This document shows, one piece after another, positions 1-10,222 of a DNA stretch of 63,307 bases (positions are counted from its first letter, which is position 1; every line of letters starts with the position of its first letter). The stretch comes from Promethearchaeota archaeon (GTDB lineage Archaea; Asgardarchaeota; Lokiarchaeia; Sigyniarchaeales; SOKP01): NCBI GenBank assembly GCA_029838195.1, contig JALGVJ010000023.1:1-63307 (forward strand), written 5' to 3'. A program made the position numbers and the translations under genes. The notes beneath the pieces were generated by a model. It worked only from the letters and a program-made list of their open reading frames with translations. It was not told the DNA's origin and searched no databases.

Positions 1-293
1 ATAATGTGAGGGTCTGCCTCGGTACCCGCTCCCACTTGAATCCACGGTAAACTGTTCTCAGTCCAATTATCATTTTTTACATGAATGAATGCTACATCAT
101 CTTCATCCCAGAAAGCCGCAAGCTTTATTTTTTTATTTTTAATAGAATTCTCATAAAAATCTCTTTTGTTGCGTTCTTCCAGTTTAGAGCCTGTATAAAC
201 GCCCTCAAGATCAGCCATGCTAATATAAGTTAGTATCAAGATTGAAATTATTGAAATGGCAAGTAAGAGATTTAAATCTTTTTTCCTTACCAT
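1..293 (-). CDS. Secreted/surface protein, N-terminal part (runs off window); probably NosD-like/right-handed beta-helix family
   Basis: Not in ORF track. Translated by hand from ATG at 293: MVRKKDLNLLLAISIISILILTYISMAD...IHVKNDNW...WIQVGAGTEADPHI. Basic N-terminus plus hydrophobic stretch (signal/anchor), and a GxGTxxDPxI motif typical of archaeal beta-helix surface proteins. Confidence 0.7.
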   Translation of the reverse strand, partial: MVRKKDLNLLLAISIISILILTYISMADLEGVYTGSKLEERNKRDFYENSIKNKKIKLAAFWDEDDVAFIHVKNDNWTENSLPWIQVGAGTEADPHI

Positions 294-1077
294 TTTAATT
301 TTAGTTTTATAATGTGAATTTTGCTGAAAGATAATACTACTATTGAAATATTTATGCAATTGATTAAATGATAATAGGAATAAAAAAATAATGATTTTTT
401 ATTTTCAAATTTTATGATGCTAAATTAAGTCATTAATGAGACATTGGACTTCCTTTTTTTAAATTAAAAAATAAGGTTACAAGTAAATTATCTCTGGTTT
501 AAATGAGATCCTTTTCTAATCTTAAATTATTTATGGGTTAAGGGATGTGAGCCATAATATTATCAATGAAAGTTAAATGATTTAATGAAAATAACATCTT
601 GTTGATAATGGGTGTAAAGTGATTTTTTAAAAGTGATTTTCTTTTATTTTTAGATTTGGTAAAAATTTTTACAATTAATTTTGTGTAGCATAAAGGTCAT
701 ATTATTATTTAATGCGAAAATAATTGCTTGGCAAACATTATAAAATAGGTATCTTTTATATTAACATTTTAAGGTCTTGCTTTTATAATTAAAGATTTAT
801 CCAAATTTACTAATTTAAAAGGAATTTCGTGAAAAAATGAGGCAATTTGATCACGTACTCCTTTAATGCCTTTCAATTTACACATATTTAAGGAAACCTC
901 GATTAGAAATGGTATTAAAACACGTGCTTTACCTTTTTTGTCTCCAATTTTATTGAAATCCATTGGCACATCTATTTCAGAAAGAAATAAATTAAGCATA
1001 TGATTTTATTAAAATTTCATTAAAATTTTCTTAAAATTTTTTATGACTATATTATGGCAAAATATGCTTTTATTTCG

Positions 1078-1893
1078 CTAAATCTTGGAAATCACGTACA
1101 TAAAATTCTCATCTTCTAATATCCAAGAGCGTAAAAATTGGTCTTTTTGCTTAGAATCCCAGAGATTCTCAATGTTTTTGATGCCTTCTAATAATTTTTG
1201 AAATAACAGAAGGGTTCGCGGATATTCTTCATGACCGGGATAAATTTCAATATCGGGCGTGCTTTCGAATTTTTTTATAATTTTTTCTAAAGAAGCGATC
1301 ACGGTTGGGAAATTTTTCTTTTTGGGAAGAAATACAGCACCTTCATGAGCTATATCTCCAATGAATAATTCTTTACGATTGCTAGAAAGAACAATGCACC
1401 CGGGCGAATGTCCTGGAGCATGGATTACTTCTAATGTAATGTTTCCTAAGTCAATCATGTCTCCGTCCTTTAATGATTCAACGTGTTTGGTGGGCATGAG
1501 CAAATAATTGTTTTTTTTAAAAATTTTTGCGATAGTTTTTTCAGAATCAGCAATGTTAGAAATATTAATGGGAGTAGAGATTAAGCGAGCTTCTTTTTCA
1601 TGGATGTACACTTTTTCGAATTGGCTATTATTCCCAACATGATCCCAATGGCCATGTGTATTAAGTACCATTAATTCTCTTGTTCCTATTAACTCATCAA
1701 CGATAGGCTTTAAAGGAAAAACACCTGCCCCCGTATCGATGAGTAGAGCTTTCTCAGAGCCTAATAACAGGTATAAATTCGTAAAATGGGTGTGAAATCG
1801 AGGATCTAGCTCATCTAATTGTTCTCGAATTACAATCAAGTCTTCTTTGATCGGCTCGACTTTATACCAATTTTTTTCAGTAAAAGATTCCAT
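1078..1893 (-). CDS. MBL-fold metallo-hydrolase
   Basis: LIDTG, THGHWDH (HxHxDH), HAPGHSPG, FIGD and YPGH metal-binding motifs. Confidence 0.92.
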   Translation of the reverse strand: MESFTEKNWYKVEPIKEDLIVIREQLDELDPRFHTHFTNLYLLLGSEKALLIDTGAGVFPLKPIVDELIGTRELMVLNTHGHWDHVGNNSQFEKVYIHEKEARLISTPINISNIADSEKTIAKIFKKNNYLLMPTKHVESLKDGDMIDLGNITLEVIHAPGHSPGCIVLSSNRKELFIGDIAHEGAVFLPKKKNFPTVIASLEKIIKKFESTPDIEIYPGHEEYPRTLLLFQKLLEGIKNIENLWDSKQKDQFLRSWILEDENFMYVISKI

Positions 1894-1939
1894 TTAGTAA
1901 TACCCTTTTTAATTAGTAAAAGTTTTTTTTACATGAAAA

Positions 1940-2666
1940 TAGGACATTTTTTTATATAAATTTGACCAATTATCAATAAAAAGAAAGAAATCTTAAGAAA
2001 AAAATTTCAATGGTTCAGATAACAGGATTAACTTCCTCTCTTTTAAATATATCTTTTCTGAAAAAAAAGGGCTAGTAAAGAGAATTGAAGGACAAACAAC
2101 GAAAAAAAAACATGAGAATACTGAAATAAAGTTGGGAAGAACACCCTATACATGATATCTTAAAAATCGAATATTTTTAAGATCTATTGGAAAATTGACT
2201 TTATTTCTTCTTAATGGTAGGTATTTGTTCGTTGTGCATTGTGCCGAGGAGCCCGTGGAATAATGGATTTGTTGAAGGGTATAGAGGTAAAGAAGTACAA
2301 AAAATATTCCAAGGTAATTTCAAACAATCCTAAACTCGAGGAATTCCCCATCAAACGCATTAATTATCTCACCGATGTTGATTTTGAGAATAAGGAAGTT
2401 GGAAAATTAAAGTCCAAGAAAAATTATTTCCTAAGAATAGTGAGAAGGAAAGGGGAAAAGGGGAACAATGAAGAGCATGGATTTATTGATATCTTGAAGC
2501 ATGAAATTAGCTTACCAACGGATATGATTAATTTATTTGAATTTCGTGTCTTGTCTCTTTAATCAAAGAAACTCATTATTAAGACTAAAAAGGATGATGG
2601 AATATCGAAAAGAATAAAAAGTTTGAATTGCATTGTTAAAAAAATCAAGCATGATTAAGTGTCCTA
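1940..2666 (+). mobile_element. Decayed, internally deleted IS with DDE integrase-core (rve/IS481-like) transposase remnants
   Basis: Broken frames give RINFLSFKY..LVKRIEGQTT, WEEHPIHDILKIE, IGKLTLFLL and IVPRSPWNNGFVEGY (PxSPWxNGxVE rve motif). The 2239..2562 ORF is the C-terminal part and reads on past its TAA to ~2658. Imperfect terminal inverted repeats: taggacattt (1940-1949) / aagtgtccta (2657-2666). Confidence 0.7.
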
Positions 2667-2703
2667 CCCTTTATTTGAAAAACAAACAGTTTTCCTTGAA
2701 AAT

Positions 2704-3813
2704 TTAAATTATATCTAGTGACATTACCTTTAAGCCGTATTCTTGATTCAATTTAAAGAATGCAATAAAAATTGTTATCGCAGAGTCCATATTAGTTTTT
2801 TTTCTTGCTAATAAGTGGTATCTTTTTATTAAAGGATCCTTGAACTTGTTCTGAAATACGAAATTAACTCCCGAACTTATTTTAAGATCCTTAAAGGGAA
2901 TAAGTCTGGTAAATAATAAAACTTCTGGGAAAATGGTTTGACTGAGATTTAAATCCATTAGCTTAATGTCTGAAAGATTTTCATTTAAAAGATCTTTTAA
3001 AATAATTATTCTCTTATTTCGAAGCACGCTTTTTACTTCAAAAAGCGATGTATATGCGGCGAGCAGATTCTTCCATATTTCTGTTTCATTTTCATCTACT
3101 AGATCTCCGTAGTGAGCAATAAAAGACTTACCTTCTGTTTTGTAATCAAAGAGAGAAAAATCCACTAATGCTTTTTGTTCTTCGAAATTGCGTACAAGAA
3201 TCTCGCCATTTACAACAATTCCGAGAAGATTTCCAGCATCGTACAAAACATCTTCATCAATATAGGTATCTATTATTTTTTTAATCAGAAAATTACTTTG
3301 GTTTCGATACTCACGGTATTCCTTGATAATCTGATTTTCGCCATCAGTGTTCATAATTTTCTGAATGTACTCGGGGAGTAACTTTTTTGGCACAAAAAAT
3401 CCATTTATAAAGACTAACTCCGAAAATGGATCTTGTTTTTTATTAGAATTAGTGGAAAAGTCTTTATCAAAATATTTTAATTTAAACATATCACGAATTA
3501 TTTTAGCTTTTTGTGATGTAGTACTTGTTGATGTATTGAAATAATCAGCAATGACCTTAGCAGAAACATAAGGTTTAGTCTTTTGATCGAAGAGAAAATT
3601 GATTTGTCCTAATGCGTGGATAATAGATGCGGCCCAAATATCTAACCGACCCCGAAGGAATGGGACGTTATGTTTTCTCGCCATTTTATGGATAAGTTTG
3701 TCGCATAATTGTTTATATTCGTCATCTAAATATTTATCGCAAAATTCACCCGTTAACAAGATTAACTCATCCATTTTTTCTTTAAGAAATGTTTTATCTG
3801 CCATTATAATCAT
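2704..3813 (-). CDS. DUF6398-domain protein with C-terminal extension
   Basis: N-terminal FCDKYLDDEYKQLC..L..KMARK..PFLRGR..IWAASIIHALGQINFLFD matches the remembered DUF6398 pattern. C-terminal half (YTSLFEV, LKDLL, LLFTRL) resembles domains of SEC-C-associated proteins. Confidence 0.7.
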   Translation of the reverse strand: MIIMADKTFLKEKMDELILLTGEFCDKYLDDEYKQLCDKLIHKMARKHNVPFLRGRLDIWAASIIHALGQINFLFDQKTKPYVSAKVIADYFNTSTSTTSQKAKIIRDMFKLKYFDKDFSTNSNKKQDPFSELVFINGFFVPKKLLPEYIQKIMNTDGENQIIKEYREYRNQSNFLIKKIIDTYIDEDVLYDAGNLLGIVVNGEILVRNFEEQKALVDFSLFDYKTEGKSFIAHYGDLVDENETEIWKNLLAAYTSLFEVKSVLRNKRIIILKDLLNENLSDIKLMDLNLSQTIFPEVLLFTRLIPFKDLKISSGVNFVFQNKFKDPLIKRYHLLARKKTNMDSAITIFIAFFKLNQEYGLKVMSLDII

Positions 3814-4041
3814 GGAGGAACATTATATATCATTATCAATGATAATGTGATAATTTATTCTAACTTCTCTAAATACAAGAGTTAATAATATCTAGGACTC
3901 TCTACAATAATAATTAGATTATTCATCTCTTAATAATCTACAAAATGATAAAATTCTAACATTCAAACTAATGAATGATAAAGATATTATTAATTTTAAC
4001 AAGATTCATTATTAATAATTCTGAGTTCATTAATTAGGACA

Positions 4042-4271
4042 TGGCACGCAAATTTGAGCTTTTTACGAGAATCCATCATGATAAAATACAAGCACTTAAT
4101 AGAATTTAAAATCATCTATAAGCTCTTAAAATTTAGAATATTCAAATAATAGCTACCCCAATTCCCCTGCATCGACTTCTGAATTTTTATATTCTCTAAA
4201 ACGAGCTTTTCCTAAAAATATTTTGAAAGATCCATTTATTCTTATAATGAATTATCAATATTTGCGTGCCA
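4042..4271. mobile_element. MITE-like non-autonomous element (~230 bp)
   Basis: Perfect 12-bp terminal inverted repeats tggcacgcaaat (4042-4053) / atttgcgtgcca (4260-4271), relatively GC-rich in an AT-rich background. No long internal ORF and no clear target-site duplication. Confidence 0.55.
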
Positions 4272-4289
4272 AATTTCCTCAAGGAAATT

Positions 4290-4452
4290 TGGCTTTAAAT
4301 TTTTCTAAAACTCTCGGTCGGGGCGAAGCGTATGCTATAGCTTTAAGTTTAGAAATAAAAGCAGATCTTCTATTATTAATGATAGAGAGGTAAAAGAAGC
4401 CGCAGAATCTAAAGGAATTAAAACAAAAAGGAAGATTTTTAATATTGGATGA
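4290..4452 (+). pseudogene. DUF3368-type PIN-domain protein fragment (5'-truncated, frameshifted)
   Basis: LGRGEAYAIALSLEIKADLLL, then a frameshift to INDREVKEAAESKGIKT. This matches the LxxGEAEAIALAxExxADLLLIDDxxARxxAxxxG pattern. The N-terminus is missing where the MITE-like element lies. Confidence 0.75.
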
Positions 4453-4544
4453 AAAATGAGTAGATTAATATTTTTTATAAGGCATTACTCTAGTTTATTA
4501 ATCCATCAATATTTACATTTATCAGCAAGAATTTCAATTAATGC

Positions 4545-5552
4545 ATGATGAAATTTAATTTAAATAAATTTATTAATGCATGTAAAAGCGAATTACCGAA
4601 TTATTTAAAATATCTCGTGGATTCTGGTCTAAAAAAACAAGAAATAAGCCGGGATAAACGTTTAATAATTCTTTTTCTACGCGATTATTTAAAGTATAAT
4701 GAAAAGAATAAATTTACTCGTAATCAATTTTCCTTGGAATTTATTGATAAATTCTTCAGGGAAATTCTTCCTCGAGACTATTCTGAATTTTTCCAAATCT
4801 CGGAAATGGATTTACCCGGAAGACTCAAGAAATACATTGAATATTTAACGTTGCGCAATATATTGCAGCGAGAATTAAGCCAAAAAATTATCCGAGCGCT
4901 TGATAAAAATCGCATATCGAATCAAATTCACCATGTACATCTAAATTCTATTGAGCCATTTGATGATGATTTTGAGAATTATTCAGAAGAAATACAAGAA
5001 GAAATATTTAAAAAATGTGATATGTGGATGATGGAGTTCACGCAAACCGACTATTTTCAAAAATTAACTCCGGAAGAAAAAGATCATTCGGCATTCCTCG
5101 TTGAATCCTTCTTTAATTATTTGTATGGTTATTGTTTGAAAACTCCTGAACAACTGGATGTCCCTTCTTTAGAAGAAATTTGTCTTGATATTTTACCGAG
5201 AAAGGTCTCAGCCGATGAATCCTATTATAAAGCCATTGCCCCTATTTTAACTAACTTTTTTAAATTTTTAGAGGAAAAGGGGGTCCTTCACAATGCAGAA
5301 GCTTTAAATAAAAAATTAAATGTTATGGCAAAAAAAATTGTTAAAATAGCTGCTGATCCGAGAAATTGGGGACCTGCTAAATCCTTTGCAATGGATGCAA
5401 TTCGAATGGGAGTAGACCTTGAAAATCAAGAGGAACTTGATCAATATATCGCATTCTATAACTTATTCCAAGCGAAAAGAAATTTAGGAAAATCTGAAAA
5501 TTATAACGAAATGGTGTCAAGCCCCCATAAAAAGAAATCAAAATCAAAATAA
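4545..5552 (+). CDS. Hypothetical protein, family usually associated with a SEC-C motif
   Basis: ILPRKVSA...IAPILTNFFKFL...DPRNWGPAKSFAM.A...GVDL.NQEELDQYIAFYN recognised from memory. The basic C-terminal tail lacks the SEC-C cysteines. Confidence 0.6.
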   Translation: MMKFNLNKFINACKSELPNYLKYLVDSGLKKQEISRDKRLIILFLRDYLKYNEKNKFTRNQFSLEFIDKFFREILPRDYSEFFQISEMDLPGRLKKYIEYLTLRNILQRELSQKIIRALDKNRISNQIHHVHLNSIEPFDDDFENYSEEIQEEIFKKCDMWMMEFTQTDYFQKLTPEEKDHSAFLVESFFNYLYGYCLKTPEQLDVPSLEEICLDILPRKVSADESYYKAIAPILTNFFKFLEEKGVLHNAEALNKKLNVMAKKIVKIAADPRNWGPAKSFAMDAIRMGVDLENQEELDQYIAFYNLFQAKRNLGKSENYNEMVSSPHKKKSKSK

Positions 5553-5750
5553 GCAATATAAATTCGAGTTGCTCAGTAATGAAAAAAGAAATTTAAAAGA
5601 ACCAAATTATCTCTCAAATTTTCATGAACACGTTCGACCTAGATGATTTACTGTTTTATTATGTGATGTGAACAACGTCACGCTAAGCGTTACCCTTACA
5701 TAAAGCGTGAGAAATAATTGTGAAAAAATTTCGAAGTTATTTGATAAATC

Positions 5751-6947
5751 ATGAATGACTCTCAGGAAAGCAGAAATGAGATAGAGACTCTTTTTAAACT
5801 AGACATTTTTAACGAAAAGGAATATGGAACGATTATAGATGCATTTCAAGATTATTTTTTAGCACATTCTTTAGAAGAGAATAGGGGCGTTATTACAAAA
5901 TATATTCTCAACCAGTATCAATATGATAATAGTTTTTTATTTAGCATGTTTTTTAACGATGTGTTTTCTTTAGGAACCAGGCTTTATTATGCTTTAGACA
6001 AGGAGGAGGAAATCCAAGTAATTCTTCCCGCTTTAGTATTTCATGACTTAGTGAAATTTGATTCTCAATTTTGTTCAATTTTAGGCCACGGACTTCAAAT
6101 AGATCATGAAGATTCATTAGGATATGCTTTTTCTCAAATATTTAATTATCTTTTATCCGAAAACCTCCTTTCCTTTCAAGAATTTTGTGAGATTTTAAAC
6201 AAGAGCGCGTATTACACCAGTTTCAAAAGAATCGGACGATTGATTGCTAATTTAACAACGTTTAAAATCATCCCTTTTAATGAAGCATTGAATGTTTTGA
6301 AGTTTTTTAAAGAAAAGATGGATTTGAATGATAATTTCATGATTGATCTCATCATAGGAATCCGAGAGAAAACCCTATCCTTGAAGCACGAAGAAAATCT
6401 TTTACGATTTTTTTTACAGGCGTTCTCTAATGTTTCGAATTCAGAAATGTACGGAGAATGTCCTGAAAATCTCATGAAAGGCTTGAGCGTCCTGATGGCC
6501 AGTGATTTACGAGAAAGAAAACCCTTGTTCAATATCATTAGACATTGCTTGAATTTAGGGAGTCTACTCATTGTCGCCGAAACATTAAAATATCTTATTG
6601 ATACGCTAGTTCTTTCAAGAGAAGAATTAATAGCGTTATTTAATCGGCTAATTGATACTAAAACTCTAACGTGGGAGGAAGTGCCTTCTCTCATTTCTTC
6701 CAAGTTTACAATAAAAGAGATATCTACCATGATTTTAAGTCTCATGAAATCTCGTAGAGAGTCTATAACGGCTCAAGAATTCATTGGTTTTTTCAATGCT
6801 TTATATAAGAGCCCTCAGCATAATTTTACGCTTGTAGAATTTCAACAAATCTTAGAATATATTAATAAAGAAGAATGGGAATTGGTAAAAAGGATTACGG
6901 GATTGGATATCAAAGAATTAATAGAGATCTTTAAATTACGTAAATAA
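5751..6947 (+). CDS. Hypothetical helical protein
   Basis: 398-aa ORF with ATG start, Leu-rich helical composition and a weak HD-like FHDLVK motif. Confidence 0.6.
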   Translation: MNDSQESRNEIETLFKLDIFNEKEYGTIIDAFQDYFLAHSLEENRGVITKYILNQYQYDNSFLFSMFFNDVFSLGTRLYYALDKEEEIQVILPALVFHDLVKFDSQFCSILGHGLQIDHEDSLGYAFSQIFNYLLSENLLSFQEFCEILNKSAYYTSFKRIGRLIANLTTFKIIPFNEALNVLKFFKEKMDLNDNFMIDLIIGIREKTLSLKHEENLLRFFLQAFSNVSNSEMYGECPENLMKGLSVLMASDLRERKPLFNIIRHCLNLGSLLIVAETLKYLIDTLVLSREELIALFNRLIDTKTLTWEEVPSLISSKFTIKEISTMILSLMKSRRESITAQEFIGFFNALYKSPQHNFTLVEFQQILEYINKEEWELVKRITGLDIKELIEIFKLRK

Positions 6948-6978
6948 ACGGTTAAAGACATGTTTTAAGGAAGAAAGA

Positions 6979-7926
6979 TTAATAATTGGGAAGACTTTTA
7001 TATCGGATAATTTTCATTTCAGGATATTCCTTAATGTTAATAATTTTTGCGAGCTTGTTTCCGCTAAGATCCACGTACTTTAAAAGTGGCATTTGCTTCA
7101 AATAATATTGATTAATGGGATCACAAATTTTGTTATTAGAAAGAAGAAGTGTTTCTAAATTTTTTAAATAAACTAAATCTTTAATATTGGTTATTTGGTT
7201 ATTAGATAAATCCAATGATTTTAGCCGTTTTAAATTTTTGAGCCCTTTAATTTCAGATACATCCGAAATCCAAGCCGTATATTTTAACCTCAATAGATTT
7301 GCGTTCCATCCTACATCCGAAAAATCTAAATGTGTCACTACTCCATCTTCTAACTCAAAATATATGGTATAAAATTTTTTAAAAAGTTCTAAAATGGTCA
7401 AATAATTTACGATGATCTCCACTTTTTCTTCCTTAGATAATTCATTCAAGTCGAGTTTTAGTGCCAATTTTAACAAGGATTTTCTAAATTTTTTTTTAGG
7501 ATAAGCATTGTTAGGAGATAAATATTCTTTAGCGATGATTTTTTCAAGTTCATGAGTTAAGATTTTTTTAGATTCGGGATTGGTTGAAGCTTTAAGCATA
7601 TCCATGACATTTAGCAAGCAATCGTAATCTTCTTCATTTTCTAAAGCCCATTGAATTAAATCGAGGGCTCTTTCCATGAAATGTGTTCTTATAAGGGAAT
7701 AACTAACACGCCTGATTCTCACATCGCAATCAGAAATCGCAAGATTTTCTAAAAAAGAATAGAAGAAATCTTCCTTTAAGGATAACTTAACAAGATATTG
7801 TAAACTTTCTAATCGCAAAGAAGTATCATTGGCATTCTCTATTAATGAAATGAATTGATTTATGGCAAGCTCTTTAGAAATCTTGTGCCCTTGAAAATCA
7901 AGAAAAATTTTTTTAGGTATTATCAT
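6979..7926 (-). CDS. HEAT-like N-terminus plus leucine-rich-repeat protein
   Basis: C-terminal LRRs LKSLDLSNNQI, LETLLLSNNKI, LKYVDLSGNKL. N-terminal helical HEAT-like segment (LAISDCDVRIRR). Architecture common in Lokiarchaeia. Confidence 0.85.
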   Translation of the reverse strand: MIIPKKIFLDFQGHKISKELAINQFISLIENANDTSLRLESLQYLVKLSLKEDFFYSFLENLAISDCDVRIRRVSYSLIRTHFMERALDLIQWALENEEDYDCLLNVMDMLKASTNPESKKILTHELEKIIAKEYLSPNNAYPKKKFRKSLLKLALKLDLNELSKEEKVEIIVNYLTILELFKKFYTIYFELEDGVVTHLDFSDVGWNANLLRLKYTAWISDVSEIKGLKNLKRLKSLDLSNNQITNIKDLVYLKNLETLLLSNNKICDPINQYYLKQMPLLKYVDLSGNKLAKIINIKEYPEMKIIRYKSLPNY

Positions 7927-8098
7927 CCAATCAATTAAACTAAAATTTTCATTCTAGTTCTCATTTGTAAATAACAAATATTTAATGAAAAGTTTTTTTC
8001 CTTTATTTCAATGCCCACAATATAGCTATACGTTTAAAGAGTTATTTTAATAATATTATACCATTATTCCAATTAAAATCATTAAGTTCATTGGAAAA

Positions 8099-9142
8099 AT
8101 GATTCGCTCAGCATGTATTATAGGAATTGGGGCTATTGGAACTATTATTGCTTCCCAATTAGCTCGAAATAACGTGCTCTGTTATTTAATAGAGAAAAAT
8201 AAAGAATTCCTTTCTAAAATAAGATCAAGGGGTTTGAGTTATTTCGATGGCAAGAAAACCTTTCATTTGAAAAAAAATTTAATCATTTTGGAAAAAATTG
8301 AAGATTTACCAAAAGAAATTAATGTCATTTTTATTGCTACGAAATGCAATGCCGTGGAACAAATTGTCAATGAATTATCCTTGAATTTTAAAAAAGATTT
8401 CACTTTAATTTTAATGACTAATGGAATAATAGAAGAAAAAATAATTCACCTTCATGAGAACTTTATTAGTTGCTCGGTGTCATTTGGAGCCACGCTCGTC
8501 GAACTGGGCTATAGCAAGAAAACTTCTTCGGGGGAAATTCTCGTAGGACGTTGGAATTCAGAAAAACAAGAGAAAGATGAGAGTATATTCCGGCTAATCC
8601 GATTAATTGACAAGAGTAAATGGATAAAAAACATTAAGGGAATTAAATATGCTAAATTATTAATCAATTGCGCAACGGCTTCTTTTGGATTAATTTCAGG
8701 ATTAACCTTGGGAGAAATCCTGGAGAGAAGATACATGCGCATGGCATTTTTAATTTTAATTACCGAAGGCGTTCGGATTTGTCAAGCGTTAAATATTAAA
8801 TTAGAAAAAATCAATAAGTTTGATTTTCAAACGCTTGCCCTACTTCCTAATAATCCTTTTTCTCTTGAGAAGAAGGATGAAATTCTTAAATTTATCGGAA
8901 ATCAATATAGAGAATTGCGTTCCTCTAGTTTGGCTTCATGGGAAAGGGGTGAGAAAACCGAAATTCCTTTTCTAAACGGTTATTTTGTAGAAAAAGGCCA
9001 CCAATTAAATATTCCCGTGCCATTGAATGCATTGATTCTTGAAACCTGCATGGCCATTGAAAACGGAAAAAAGAAACCTTCAATTAATGAAATGCTTTTA
9101 TTTGAGACCAAGGTCAAAGAAATTTTGGAAAACTACCTTTAA
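8099..9142 (+). CDS. panE: Ketopantoate reductase (PanE/ApbA) family oxidoreductase
   Basis: GIGAIG Rossmann motif, IFIATK, NG, KLLIN, SSLAS..GEKTEIPFLNG, GHQLNIPVPLN. Confidence 0.85.
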   Translation: MIRSACIIGIGAIGTIIASQLARNNVLCYLIEKNKEFLSKIRSRGLSYFDGKKTFHLKKNLIILEKIEDLPKEINVIFIATKCNAVEQIVNELSLNFKKDFTLILMTNGIIEEKIIHLHENFISCSVSFGATLVELGYSKKTSSGEILVGRWNSEKQEKDESIFRLIRLIDKSKWIKNIKGIKYAKLLINCATASFGLISGLTLGEILERRYMRMAFLILITEGVRICQALNIKLEKINKFDFQTLALLPNNPFSLEKKDEILKFIGNQYRELRSSSLASWERGEKTEIPFLNGYFVEKGHQLNIPVPLNALILETCMAIENGKKKPSINEMLLFETKVKEILENYL

Positions 9143-9264
9143 TTATATATTTTTTTACCCCGTTCTCTTTTTAATTCGAAAGCGTTTCTTGAAATAGATT
9201 AAACTAGCGTTTTTTCCTTTCTTAAAAAAGAAAATGAATAAAAAATTAAAAAATAAGTGTATTT

Positions 9265-10107
9265 CTATCTTTTTCTCAGTTTAATTGCATCTTGCGGACA
9301 TATATCAATGCATCTAGTGCAATAATAGCATTCACTTTTCTTGCTTCCCTCTAAGGCTTCATTAGTTGGACAAATTCTTTCACAGAGTCCACAATTTGTA
9401 CATGCATCTGTTCTTGTTAATTTATATTTACTAAATCGCCCAGTAACAGAAGCAAGAGCCCCAAAAGGACATATATATCTGCACCACGGACGATAAACAA
9501 AAAAACTAACAATGAACGTGATTACTAAGGAAATCAATGGAATCATTAGGAGAATTTCAAAAGAAAGGTTGAATAAGTTAAATCCAATAAAAGGATTTAT
9601 AATCTGGAGAATTGGAAAGCCTATAAAAATAGTTACGATCCCAAAAAATAGAAAAAATGCCCACCTGATTATTTTTTGCCTTTTTTGAAAAAGGATAGAT
9701 ATTCTGCTATTTTTTTTATTTTTTCCTTTAATTTTTGATTTAAATTTTACTCGAGACGCCAATTCTTGTAAGGCACCTAAGGGGCATCCAAATCCACAAA
9801 AAATTCTTCCCAAAAGCAAGACTGAAAATAATAGTAATAGTAAAATAATGATCATGGGAATTACAAGAGGTATAGGCATTTTTAATCCAATTACCATGAA
9901 AATTTGTTGAAAGGGCAAAACAGCATTAGGGACGCCTCCAATAAGAAAACCTCCGATGATAATCGAGCAAAAATAAAGGAATATGAGAACTTTAAGCGAA
10001 CTTTTATTGGAATAAATTAAATAGAATCCCATTCCACTTATCACGATCCATGTGATAAACATCGGAATTGCCAAGGCAAGATTCATGCTCATGGATTGTA
10101 GTATCAT
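9265..10107 (-). CDS. Membrane polyferredoxin (NapH/MauN/YccM-like 4Fe-4S binding protein)
   Basis: TM helices, GRIFCGFGCPLG and RPWCRYICPFG motifs, and two CxxCxxCxxxCP ferredoxin motifs at the C-terminus. Confidence 0.9.
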   Translation of the reverse strand: MILQSMSMNLALAIPMFITWIVISGMGFYLIYSNKSSLKVLIFLYFCSIIIGGFLIGGVPNAVLPFQQIFMVIGLKMPIPLVIPMIIILLLLLFSVLLLGRIFCGFGCPLGALQELASRVKFKSKIKGKNKKNSRISILFQKRQKIIRWAFFLFFGIVTIFIGFPILQIINPFIGFNLFNLSFEILLMIPLISLVITFIVSFFVYRPWCRYICPFGALASVTGRFSKYKLTRTDACTNCGLCERICPTNEALEGSKKSECYYCTRCIDICPQDAIKLRKR

Positions 10108-10222
10108 TTCTTTTTAACACTTCTTTCTATATTGTTTATATTAAAAAAATATAAATCAAGAATGTAAATATATTGATTCCTTTATGGGTAAAGTTTTTTT
10201 AAATTGTCATAAATTCCTTTAT

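Noticed and set aside
769-999. 76-aa minus-strand ORF
   Set aside because: No recognisable motif; could be real or a remnant but cannot be supported.
2239-2562. Standalone 107-aa protein
   Set aside because: Better explained as the C-terminal fragment of a decayed transposase.
5678-5710. Inverted repeat tcacgct...agcgtga as an integron attC site or IS200/IS605 end
   Set aside because: Only a 7-bp stem, single copy, without matching R-box pairs, integrase or tnpA/tnpB nearby.
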